A stretch of DNA of 64,000 nucleotides. Source: Eledone cirrhosa. Its lineage: Eukaryota. The first letter of the stretch is position 1. Each line of letters opens with the position of its first letter. Positions 21,701-33,380 of this stretch are shown here, piece by piece. Made by a program: the position numbers and the translations under genes. Where the stretch lies: NCBI GenBank assembly GCA_964016885.1, contig OZ024744.1, positions 132,618,001-132,682,000 on the forward strand, read 5' to 3'. The notes beneath the pieces were generated by a model, which did not search any database, was not told the DNA's origin, and saw only the letters and a list, made by a program, of their open reading frames with translations.

Positions 21701-24700
21701 TTTTTTTAGGTTTTTCGAAAAAACCTTATATAATCAATTCTTTTTTTGGTTTTTTCGAAAAATCTTATATAATCAATTTTTTTACGTTTTTAGAAAAACC
21801 TTATATAATCAATTTTTTTTAGGTTTTTCGAAAAACCTTATATAATCAATTTTTTTATGTTTTTTCGAAAAATCTTATATAATCAATTTTTTTACGTTTT
21901 TAGAAATATTTATATCTGATTTCAAATATTGATTTTTTTTAGATTTTTCGAAATACCTTATATAATCAATTTTTTTTAGGTTTTTCAAATTACCTTATAT
22001 AATCAATTTTTTTTATCAGATTTCAAATATTGATTTTTTTAGCTTTTTCGACAAAATCTTATATAATCAATTTTTTTTAGGTTTTTCGAAAAAGAATGAA
22101 TTTGAGTTCATAGTCGAAATATATACTTCTGCATTAATCTTTTTACGTTTTTTTGATTTTTTTTAAAAAAACGTAAAAAATTAATGCTTTTACAAATCTT
22201 TTGAAATATTTACTTTCTAGTTTCAAATTTTGCAGATTAAATTTTTCTCGAAAAACCTAAAAAATCAGTTGTCGAAATCAGAAGTTAATATTTCGAAAAA
22301 CGCAATTTGAAAAACTCATATTAATTTTTTTTCGAAAACATTATATAATCAATTTTTTTTTAGGTTTTTCGAAAAAACCTTATATAATCAATTCTTTTTT
22401 TGGTTTTTTCGAAAAATCTTATATAATCAATTTTTTTACGTTTTTAGAAAAACCTTATATAATCAATTTTTTTTAGATTTTTCAAAAAACCTTATATAAT
22501 CAATTTTTTTTAGGTTTTTCGAAAAACCTTATATAATCAATTTTTTTTGTTTTTTTGAAAAATCTTATATAATCAATTTTTTTACGTTTTTAGAAATATT
22601 TATATCTGATTTCAAATATTGATTTTTTTTAGGTTTTTCGAAAAACCTTATATAATCAATTCTTTTTTTGGTTTTTTCGAAAAATCTTATATAATCAATT
22701 TTTTTACGTTTTTAGAAAAACCTTATATAATCAATTTTTTTTAGATTTTTCAAAAAACCTTATATAATCAATTTTTTTACGTTTTTAGAAAGACCTTATA
22801 TAATCAATTTTTTCATACTTTTAGAAATATTTATATCTGATTTCAAATATTGATTTTTTTTTTAGGTTTTTCGAAATACCTTATATAATCAATTTTTTTT
22901 AGGTTTTTCAAATTACTTTATATAATCAATTTTTTTTATCTGATTTCAAATATTGATTTTTTTAGCTTTTTCGACAAAATCTTATATAATCAATTTTTTT
23001 TAGGTTTTTCGAAAAAGAATGAATTTGAGTTCATAGTCGAAATATATACTTCTGCATTAATCTTTTTACGTTTTTTTGATTTTTTTTAAAAAAACGTAAA
23101 AAATTAATGCTTTTACAAATCTTTTGAAATATTTACTTTCTAGTTTCAAATTTTGCAGATTAAATTTTTCTCGAAAAACCTAAAAAATCAGTTGTCGAAA
23201 TCAGAAGTTAATATTTCGTAAAACGCAATTTGAAAAACTCATTAATTTTTTTTCGAAAACTTATTATATAATCAATTTTTTTATACTTTTAGAAATATTT
23301 ATATCTGATTTCAAATATTGATTTTTTTAGGTTTTTCGAAAACCCTATATAATCAATTTTTTTGTACTTTTAGAAATATCTATATCTGATTTCATGTATT
23401 GATTTTTTTATATTTTTCGAAAAAGCTTAGATAATCAATTTTTTTAGGTCTTTCGAAAACCTTATATAATCAATTTTTTTTTAGGTTTTTCGAAAAAACC
23501 TTATATGATCAATTTTTTTTAGGTTTTTTCTAAAAATCTTATATAATCAATTTTTTTTAGGTTTTTCGAAAAACCTTATATAATCAATTTTTTTTGTTTT
23601 TTCGAAAAATCTTATATAATTAATTTTTTTACGTTTTTAGAAATATTTATATCTGATTTCAAATATTGATTTTTTTTAGATTTTTCGAAATACCTTATAT
23701 AATCAATTTTTTTTAGGTTTTTCAAATTACCTTATATAATCAATTTTTTTTATCAGATTTCAAATATTGATTTTTTTAGCTTTTTCGACAAAATCTTATA
23801 TAATCAATTTTTTTTAGGTTTTTCGAAAAAGAATGAATTTGAGTTCATAGTCGAAATATATACTTCTGCATTTTTACGTTTTTTTGATTTTTTTTAAAAA
23901 AACGTAAAAAATTAATGCTTTTACAAATCTTTTGAAATATTTACTTTCTAGTTTCAAATTTTGCAGATTAAATTTTTCTCGAAAAACCTAAAAAATCAGT
24001 TGTCGAAATCAGAAGTTAATATTTCGAAAAACGCAATTTGAAAAACTCATATTAATTTTTTTTCGAAAACATTATATAATCAATTTTTTAGAAATATTTA
24101 TATCTGATTTCAAATATTGATTTTTTTAGGTTTTTCGAAAACCCTATATAATCAATTTTTTTGTACTTTTAGAAATATCTATATCTGATTTCATGTATTG
24201 ATTTTTTTATATTTTTAGAAAAAGCTTAGATAATCAATTTTTTTAGGTCTTTCGAAAACCTTATATAATCAATTTTTTTTTAGGTTTTTCGAAAAAACCT
24301 TATATAATCATTATTTTTTAGGCTTTTTCGAAAAATCTTATATAATCAATTTTTTTACGTTTTTCGAAAAAACTTATATAATCAATTTTTTTTAGGTTTT
24401 TCAAAAAACCTTATATAATCAATTTTTTTTAGGTTTTTCGAAAAACCTTATATAATCAATTTTTTTTGTTTTTTCAAAAAATCTTATATAATCAATTTTT
24501 TTACGTTTTTAGAAATATTTATATCTTATTTCAAATATTGATTTTTTTTAGATTTTTCGAAATACCTTATATAATCAATTTTTTTTAGGTTTTTCAAATT
24601 ACCATAAGGTAATTTGAAAAACCTAAAAAAAATTGATCTGATTTCAAATATTGATTTTTTTAGCTTTTTCGACAAAATCTTATATAATCAATTTTTTTTA

Positions 24701-25263
24701 GGTTTTTCGAAAAAGAATGAATTTGAGTTCATAGTCGAAATATATACTTCTGCATTAATCTTTTTACGTTTTTTTGAAAAAATTAATGCTTTTACAAATC
24801 TTTTGAAATATTTACTTTCTAGTTTCAAATTTTGCAGATTAAATTTTTCTCGAAAAACCTAAAAAATCAGTTGTCGAAATCAGAAGTTAATATTTCGTAA
24901 AACGCAATTTGAAAAACTCATATTAATTTTTTTTCGAAAACTTATTATATAATCAATTTTTTTATACTTTTAGAAATATTTATATCTGATTTCAAATATT
25001 GATTTTTTTAGGTTTTTCGAAAACCCTATATAATCAATTTTTTTGTACTTTTAGAAATATCTATATCTGATTTCATGTATTGATTTTTTTATATTTTTCG
25101 AAAAGGCTTAGATAATCAATTTTTTTTAGGTTTTTTCGAAAAATCTTATATAATCAATTTTTTTACGTTTTTAGAAATATTTATATCTGATTTCAAATAT
25201 TGATTTTTTTTAGATTTTTCGAAATACCTTATATAATCAATTTTTTTTAGGTTTTTCAAATTA
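18718..25263 (+). repeat. Satellite A block A2 (~6.5 kb, 8 modules)
   Basis: Same start and end junctions as A1; its 5' portion tracks A1 at an offset of 18667. Confidence 0.95.
24574..24637. repeat. Perfect inverted repeat, 30-bp arms, 4-nt loop (A2)
   Basis: ATCAATTTTTTTTAGGTTTTTCAAATTACC-ATAA-GGTAATTTGAAAAACCTAAAAAAAATTGAT. Confidence 0.93.
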
Positions 25264-28200
25264 CCCCGACTTAACCCCGACTTAACTTAACCCCAACTTA
25301 ACTTAACCCCAACTTAACTTAACCCCAACTTGACTTAACCCCAACATAACTCACACCCAACTTAACTTACCCCCAACTTAACTTAACCCCAACTTGACTT
25401 AACCCCAACTTAACTTAACCCCAACTTAACTTAACGCCAAAGTCGGAGTTAAGTTAAGTTGGGGTTAAGCTAAGTTGGGGGTAAGTTAAGTTGAGGGTAA
25501 GTTAAATTGGGGTTAAGTTAAGTTGGGGTTGAGTGAAGTTGGGGTTAAGTTAAGTTGGGGTTAAGTTAAGTTAGGGTTAATTTAAGTTGGGGTTAAGTTA
25601 AGTTGGGGTTAACTTAAGTTGGGGTTAAGTTAAGTTGGGGTTAATTTAGGTTGGGGTTAAGTTAAGTTGGGGTTAAGATAAGTTGGGGTTAAGTTAAATT
25701 GAGATTAAGTTAACTTGGGTTTGAGTTAAGTTGGGGATAAGTCAAGTGGTGGTTATGTTAAGTTGGGGTTAAGTTAAGTTGGGGTTAAATTAAGTTGGGG
25801 TTAAGTTAAGTTGGGTGTAAGCTAAGTTGGGGTTGAGTGAAGTTGGGGTTAAGTTAAGTTGGGGTTAAGTAGAGTTGGGGTTAAGTTAAGTTGGGGTTAA
25901 GTTAAGTTGGTGTTAAGTTGGGGTTAAGTTAAGTTGGGGTTAAGTTAAGTTGGGGTTGAGTGAAGTTGGGGTTAAGTTAAGTTGGGGTTAAATTAAGTTG
26001 GGGTTAACTTAAGTTGGGTTTAAGTTAAGTTGCGGTTAAGTTAAGTTGGGGTTAAGTTAAGTTGGGGTTAAGTTAAGTCGGGGTTAAGTTAAGTTGGGGT
26101 TGAGTTAAGTTGGGGTTATTTTAAGTTGAGGTTATGTTAAGTTGGGGTTAATTTAAGTTGGGGTTAAGTTAAGTTGGGGTTAATTTAAGTTGGGGTTAAG
26201 TTCAGTTGGGGTTAATTTAAGTTGGGGTTAAGTTAAGTTGGGTTTAAGTTAAGTTGGGGTTAAGTTAAGTTGGGGTTAAGTTAAGTTGGGTTTAAGTTAA
26301 GTTGGGGCTAAGTTAAGTTGGGTCTAATTTGAGTTGGGGTTAAGTTAAGTTGGGGTTAAGTTAAGTTGAGGTTAAATTAAGTTGGGGTTAATTAAGTTGG
26401 GGTTAAGTTAAGTTGGGGTTAAGTTAAGTTGAGGTTAAGTTAACTTGGGGTTAAGTTAAGTTGGGGTTAAGTTAAGTTGGGGTTGAGTTAAGTTGGGGTT
26501 GGGTTAAGTTGGGGTTAAGTTAAGTTGGGGTTAAGTTAAGTTGGGGTTAAGTTAAGTTGGGGTTAATTTAAGTTCGGGTTAAGTTAAGTTCGGGGTAAGC
26601 TAAGTTGGGGTTCAGTTAAATCGGGTCTAAGTTAAGTGGGAGGTTAAGTTAAGTTGGGGTTGAGTTAAGTTGTGGTTAATTTAACTTGGGGTTAAGTTAA
26701 GTTAAGTTTGAGTTAAGTTGGGGTTAAGTTGGGGTTAAGTTACGTTGGGGTTAAGTTAAGTTGGGGTTAAGTTAAGTTGGGGTTGAGTTAAGTTGGGGTT
26801 AATTTAAGTTGGGGTTAAGTTAAGTTGGGGTTAAGTTAAGTTGGGTTTAAGTTAAGTTGGGGTTAAATTAAGTGGGGGTTAAATTAAAGTGGGGTTAAGT
26901 TAAGTTGGGGGTAAGTTAAGTTGGGGGCAAGTTAAGTTGGTGTTAAGTTAAGTTGGGGTTAAGTTAAGTTGGGGTTAAGTTAAGTTGGGTTAAATTAAGT
27001 TGGGACTAAGTTAAGTTAGGGCTAAGTTCAGTTGGGGTAAAGTTAAGTTGGGGCTAAGTTAAGTTGGGTATAAGTTGAGTTGGGGTTAAGTTAAGTTGGG
27101 GTTAAGTTAAGTTGGGGTTAAGTTAAGTTGGGGTTAAGTTAAGTTGGGTTTAAGTTAAGTTGGGGTTAAATTAAGTGGGGGTTAAATTAAAGTGGGGTTA
27201 AGTTAAGTTGGGGGTAAGTTAAGTTGGGGGCAAGTTAAGTTGGTGTTAAGTTAAGTTGGGGTTAAGTTAAGTTGGGGTTAAGTTAAGTTGGGTTAAATTA
27301 AGTTGGGACTAAGTTAAGTTAGGGCTAAGTTCAGTTGGGGTAAAGTTAAGTTGGGGCTAAGTTAAGTTGGGTATAAGTTGAGTTGGGGTTAAGTTAAGTT
27401 GGGGTTAAGTTAAGTTGGGGTTAAATTAAGTTGGGGTTAATTAAGTTGGGGTTAAGTTAAGTTGGGGTTAAGTTAAGTTGGGGTTAATTTAAGTTGGGGT
27501 TGTGTTAATTTGGGGTTAAGTTAAGTTGGGGTTATATTAAGTTGGGTTTAAGTTAAGTTGGGGTTAAGTTAAGTTGGGGTTAAGTTAAGTTAGGGTTAAT
27601 TTAAGTTGGGGTTATGTTAAGTTGGGGTTAAGTTAAGTTGGGGTTAAGTAGAGTTGGGGTTAATTTAAGTTGGGGTTAAGTTAAGTTGGTGTTAAGTTGG
27701 GGTTAAGTTAAGTTGGGGTTAAGTTGGGGTTAAGTTGAGTGGTGGTTATGTTAAGTTGGGGTTAAGTTAAGTTGGGGTTAATTTAAATTGGGGCTAAGTT
27801 AACTTTGTGGTTAAGTTAAGTTGGAGTTAAGTTGGGGTTAAGTTAAGTTGGGGTTGAGTGAAGTTGGGGTTAAGTTAAGTTGGGGTTAACTTAAGTTGGG
27901 GTTAAGTTAAGTTGGGGTTAAATTAAGTTGGGGTTAAATTAAGGTGGGGTTAAGTTAAGTTGGGGGTAAGTTAAGTTGGGGGCAAGTTAAGTTGGTGTTA
28001 AGTTAAGTTGGGGTTAAGTTAAGTTGGGGTTAAGTTAAGTTGGGTTTAAGTTAAGTTGGGACTAAGTTAAGTTAGGGCTAAGTTAAGTTGGGGTTAAGTT
28101 AAGTTGGGGCTAAGTTAAGTTGGGTCTAAGTTGAGTGGTGGTTATGTTAAGTTGGGGTTAAGTTAAGTTGGGGTTAATTTAAATTGGGGTTAAGTTAAGT

Positions 28201-29154
28201 TGGGGTTAAGTTAAGTTGGGGTTAAATTAAGTTGGGGTTAATTAAGTTGTGGTTAAGTTAAGTTGGGGTTAAGTTAAGTTGGGGTTAATTTAAGTTGGGG
28301 TTGTGTTAAGTTGGGGTTAAGTTAAGTTGGGGATAAGTTAAGTTGGGGTTAAGTTAAGTTGGGGGTAAGTTAAGTTGGTGGTAAGTTAAGTTGGGGTTAA
28401 GTTAAGTTGGGGTTAATTTAAATTGGGGTTAATTTAACTTTGTGGTTAAGTTAAGTTGGGGTTTATTTAAGTTGGGTTTAAGTTAAGTTGGGGTTGAGTT
28501 AAGTTGGGGTTGAGTGAAGTTGGGGTTAAGTTAAGTCGGGGTTAATTTAAGTTGGGGTTGAGTTAAGTCGGGGCTAATTTAAGTTGGGGCTAAGTTAATT
28601 TGTGGTTAAGTTAAGTTGGGGTTAAGTTAAGTTGGGGTTAAGTTAAGTTGGGGGTAAGTTAAGTTGGGGGCAAGATAAGTTGGGGTTAAGTTAAGTTGCG
28701 GTTAAGTTAAGTTGGGGTTAAGTTAAGTTGGGTTTAAGTTAAGTTGGGGTTCAGTTAAGTTGGGGTTAATTTAAGTTGGGGTTAAGTTAAGTTGGGGTTG
28801 AGTTAAGTTGGGGTTTAATTAAGTTGGGGTTGAGTTAAGTTGGGGTTGAGTTAAGTGGGGGTTGAGTTAAGTTGGGGTTAAGCTAAGTTGGGGTTAAGTT
28901 AAATTGAGGTTAAGTTAACTTGGGTTTGAGTTAAGTTGGGGTTAAGTTAAGTTGGTGTTAAGTTCAGTTCAGGTTAAGTTAACTTGGGGTTAAGTTAAGT
29001 TGGGGTTGAGTTAAGTTGGGGTTGAGTTAAGTTGGGGTTAAGTTAAGTTGGGGTTAACTTAAGTTGGGGTTAAGTTAAGTTGGGGTTAATTTAAGTTGGG
29101 GTTCAGTTAAATTGAGGTTAAGATAACTTGGGTTTGCGTTAAGATGGGGTTAAG
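25264..29154 (+). repeat. Satellite B block B2, short type (3891 bp); inverted island 25264-25440
   Basis: 16-mer array; pivot AAAGTCGGAG at 25439; no internal islands. Confidence 0.95.
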
Positions 29155-32100
29155 TTAGGTTTTTCGAAAACCTTATATAATCATTTTTATTTAGGTTCTT
29201 CGAAACACCTTATATAATCAATTTTTTTAGGTTTTTCGAAAAACCTTATATAATCAATTTTTTAATACTTTTAGAAATATTTATATATGATTTCAAATAT
29301 TGATTTTATTAGGTTTTTGGAATAATCAATTTTTTTTACGTTTTTCGAAAAATGTTATATAATCAATTTTTTTTAGGTTTTTCGAATCAATTCAATTTTT
29401 ATAATCAAATATTTTTAGGTTTTTAGAAAAACCTTATATAATCAAATTTTTTTAGGTTTTTCGAAAAACCTTATATAATTAATTTTTTTATACTTTTAGA
29501 AATATTTATATCTGATTTCAAATATTGGATTTTTTAGGTTTTTCGATAATCAATTTTTTTTAGATTTTTCGAAAAATCTTATATCAATTTTTTTACGTTT
29601 TTAGAAAGACCTTATATAATCAATTTTTTCATACTTTTAGAAATATTTATATCTGATTTCAAATATTGATTTTTTTTTTAGGTTTTTCGAAATACCTTAT
29701 ATAATCAATTTTTTTTAGGTTTTTCAAATTACTTTATATAATCAATTTTTTTTATCTGATTTCAAATATTGATTTTTTAGCTTTTTCGACAAAATCTTAT
29801 ATAATCAATTTTTTTTAGGTTTTTCGAAAAAGAATGAATTTGAGTTCATAGTCGAAATATATACTTCTGCATTAATCTTTTTACGTTTTTTTTATTTTTT
29901 TTAAAAAAACGTAAAAAATTAATGCTTTTACAAATCTTTTGAAATATTTACTTTCTAGTTTCAAATTTTGCAGATTAAATTTTTCTCGAAAAACCTAAAA
30001 AATCAGTTGTCGAAATCAGAAGTTAATATTTCGAAAAACGCAATTTGAAAAACTCATATTAATTTTCTTTCGAAAACATTATATAATCAATTTTTTAGAA
30101 ATATTTATATCTGATTTCAAATATTGATTTTTTTAGGTTTTTCGAAAACCCTATATAATCAATTTTTTTGTACTTTTAGAAATATCTATATCTGATTTCA
30201 TGTATTGATTTTTTTATATTTTTCGAAAAATCTTATATAATCAATTTTTTTACGTTTTTAAAAAAACCTTATATAATCAATTTTTTTTAGGTTTTTCGAA
30301 AAACCTTATATAATCAATTTTTTTATGTTTTTTAGAAAAATCTTATATAATCAATTTTTTTACGTTTTTAGAAATATTTATATCTGATTTCAAATATTGA
30401 TTTTTTTTAGATTTTTCGAAATACCTTATATAATCAATTTTTTTTAGGTTTTTCAAATTACCTTATATAATCAATTTTTTTTATCTGATTTCAAATATTG
30501 ATTTTTTTAGCTTTTTCGACAAAATCTTATATAATCAATTTTTTTTAGGTTTTTCGAAAAAGAATGAATTTGAGTTCATAGTCGAAATATATACTTCTGC
30601 ATTAATCTTTTTACGTTTTTTTGATTTTTTTTAAAAAAACGTAAAAAATTAATGCTTTTACAAATCTTTTGAAATATTCACTTTCTAGTTTCAAATTTTG
30701 CAGATTAAATTTTTCTCGAAAAACCTAAAAAATCAGTTGTCGAAATCAGAAGTTAATATTTCGTAAAACGCAATTTGAAAAACTCATTAATTTTTTTTCG
30801 AAAACTTATTATATAATCAATTTTTTTATACTTTTAGAAATATTTATATCTGATTTCAAATATTGATTTTTTTAGGTTTTTCGAAAACCCTATATAATCA
30901 ATTTTTTTGTACTTTTAGAAATATCTATATCTGATTTCATGTATTGATTTTTTTATATTTTTCGAAAAAGCTTAGATAATCAATTTTTTTAGGTCTTTCG
31001 AAAACATTATATAATCAATTTTTTTTTAGGTTTTTCGAAAAAACCTTATATAATCAATTTTTTTTAGGTTTTTCAAATATTGATTTTTTTAGCTTTTTCG
31101 ACAAAATCTTATATAATCAATTTTTTTTAGGTTTTTCGAAAAAGAATGAATTTGAGTTCATAGTCGAAATATATACTTCTGCATTAATCTTTTTACGTTT
31201 TTTTGATTTTTTTAAAAAAACGTAAAAAATTAATGCTTTTACAAATCTTTTGAAATATTTACTTTCTAGTTTCAAATTTTGCAGATTAAATTTTTCTCGA
31301 AAAACCTAAAAAATCAGTTGTCGAAATCAGAAGTTAATATTTCGAAAAACGCAATTTGAAAAACTCATATTAATTTTTTTTCGAAAACATTATATAATCA
31401 ATTTTTTAGAAATATTTATATCTGATTTCAAATATTGATTTTTTTAGGTTTTTCGAAAACCCTATATAATCAATTTTTTTGTACTTTTAGAAATATCTAT
31501 ATCTGATTTCATGTATTGATTTTTTTATATTTTTCGAAAAAGCTTAGATAATCAATTTTTTTAGGTCTTTCGAAAACCTTATATAATCAATTTTTTTTTA
31601 GGTTTTTCGAAAAAACCTTATATGATCAATTTTTTTTAGGTTTTTTCTAAAAATCTTATATAATCAATTTTTTTTAGGTTTTTCGAAAAACCTTATATAA
31701 TCAATTTTTTTTGTTTTTTCGAAAAATCTTATATAATTAATTTTTTTACGTTTTTAGAAATATTTATATCTGATTTCAAATATTGATTTTTTTTAGATTT
31801 TTCGAAATACCTTATATAATCAATTTTTTTTAGGTTTTTCAAATTACCTTATATAATCAATTTTTTTTATCAGATTTCAAATATTGATTTTTTTAGCTTT
31901 TTCGACAAAATCTTATATAATCAATTTTTTTTAGGTTTTTCGAAAAAGAATGAATTTGAGTTCATAGTCGAAATATATACTTCTGCATTTTTACGTTTTT
32001 TTGATTTTTTTTAAAAAAACGTAAAAAATTAATGCTTTTACAAATCTTTTGAAATATTTACTTTCTAGTTTCAAATTTTGCAGATTAAATTTTTCTCGAA

Positions 32101-33380
32101 AAACCTAAAAAATCAGTTGTCGAAATCAGAAGTTAATATTTCGAAAAACGCAATTTGAAAAACTCATATTAATTTTTTTTCGAAAACATTATATAATCAA
32201 TTTTTTAGAAATATTTATATCTGATTTCAAATATTGATTTTTTTAGGTTTTTCGAAAACCCTATATAATCAATTTTTTTGTACTTTTAGAAATATCTATA
32301 TCTGATTTCATGTATTGATTTTTTTATATTTTTAGAAAAAGCTTAGATAATCAATTTTTTTAGGTCTTTCGAAAACCTTATATAATCAATTTTTTTTTAG
32401 GTTTTTCGAAAAAACCTTATATAATCATTATTTTTTAGGCTTTTTCGAAAAATCTTATATAATCAATTTTTTTACGTTTTTCGAAAAAACTTATATAATC
32501 AATTTTTTTTAGGTTTTTCAAAAAACCTTATATAATCAATTTTTTTTAGGTTTTTCGAAAAACCTTATATAATCAATTTTTTTTGTTTTTTCAAAAAATC
32601 TTATATAATCAATTTTTTTACGTTTTTAGAAATATTTATATCTTATTTCAAATATTGATTTTTTTTAGATTTTTCGAAATACCTTATATAATCAATTTTT
32701 TTTAGGTTTTTCAAATTACCATAAGGTAATTTGAAAAACCTAAAAAAAATTGATCTGATTTCAAATATTGATTTTTTTAGCTTTTTCGACAAAATCTTAT
32801 ATAATCAATTTTTTTTAGGTTTTTCGAAAAAGAATGAATTTGAGTTCATAGTCGAAATATATACTTCTGCATTAATCTTTTTACGTTTTTTTGAAAAAAT
32901 TAATGCTTTTACAAATCTTTTGAAATATTTACTTTCTAGTTTCAAATTTTGCAGATTAAATTTTTCTCGAAAAACCTAAAAAATCAGTTGTCGAAATCAG
33001 AAGTTAATATTTCGTAAAACGCAATTTGAAAAACTCATATTAATTTTTTTTCGAAAACTTATTATATAATCAATTTTTTTATACTTTTAGAAATATTTAT
33101 ATCTGATTTCAAATATTGATTTTTTTAGGTTTTTCGAAAACCCTATATAATCAATTTTTTTGTACTTTTAGAAATATCTATATCTGATTTCATGTATTGA
33201 TTTTTTTATATTTTTCGAAAAGGCTTAGATAATCAATTTTTTTTAGGTTTTTTCGAAAAATCTTATATAATCAATTTTTTTACGTTTTTAGAAATATTTA
33301 TATCTGATTTCAAATATTGATTTTTTTTAGATTTTTCGAAATACCTTATATAATCAATTTTTTTTAGGTTTTTCAAATTA
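29155..33380 (+). repeat. Satellite A block A3 (4226 bp, 5 modules)
   Basis: Same junctions; landmarks at ~29832, 30562, 31144, 31948, 32832. Confidence 0.95.
32691..32754. repeat. Perfect inverted repeat, 30-bp arms (A3)
   Basis: Same sequence as 24574-24637, offset 8117. Confidence 0.92.

Noticed and set aside
18718-25263. A blocks as independent transposon insertions into satellite B
   Set aside because: Flanks are identical for all copies, there is no target-site duplication, and B orientation differs on the two sides; tandem amplification of one composite explains this better.
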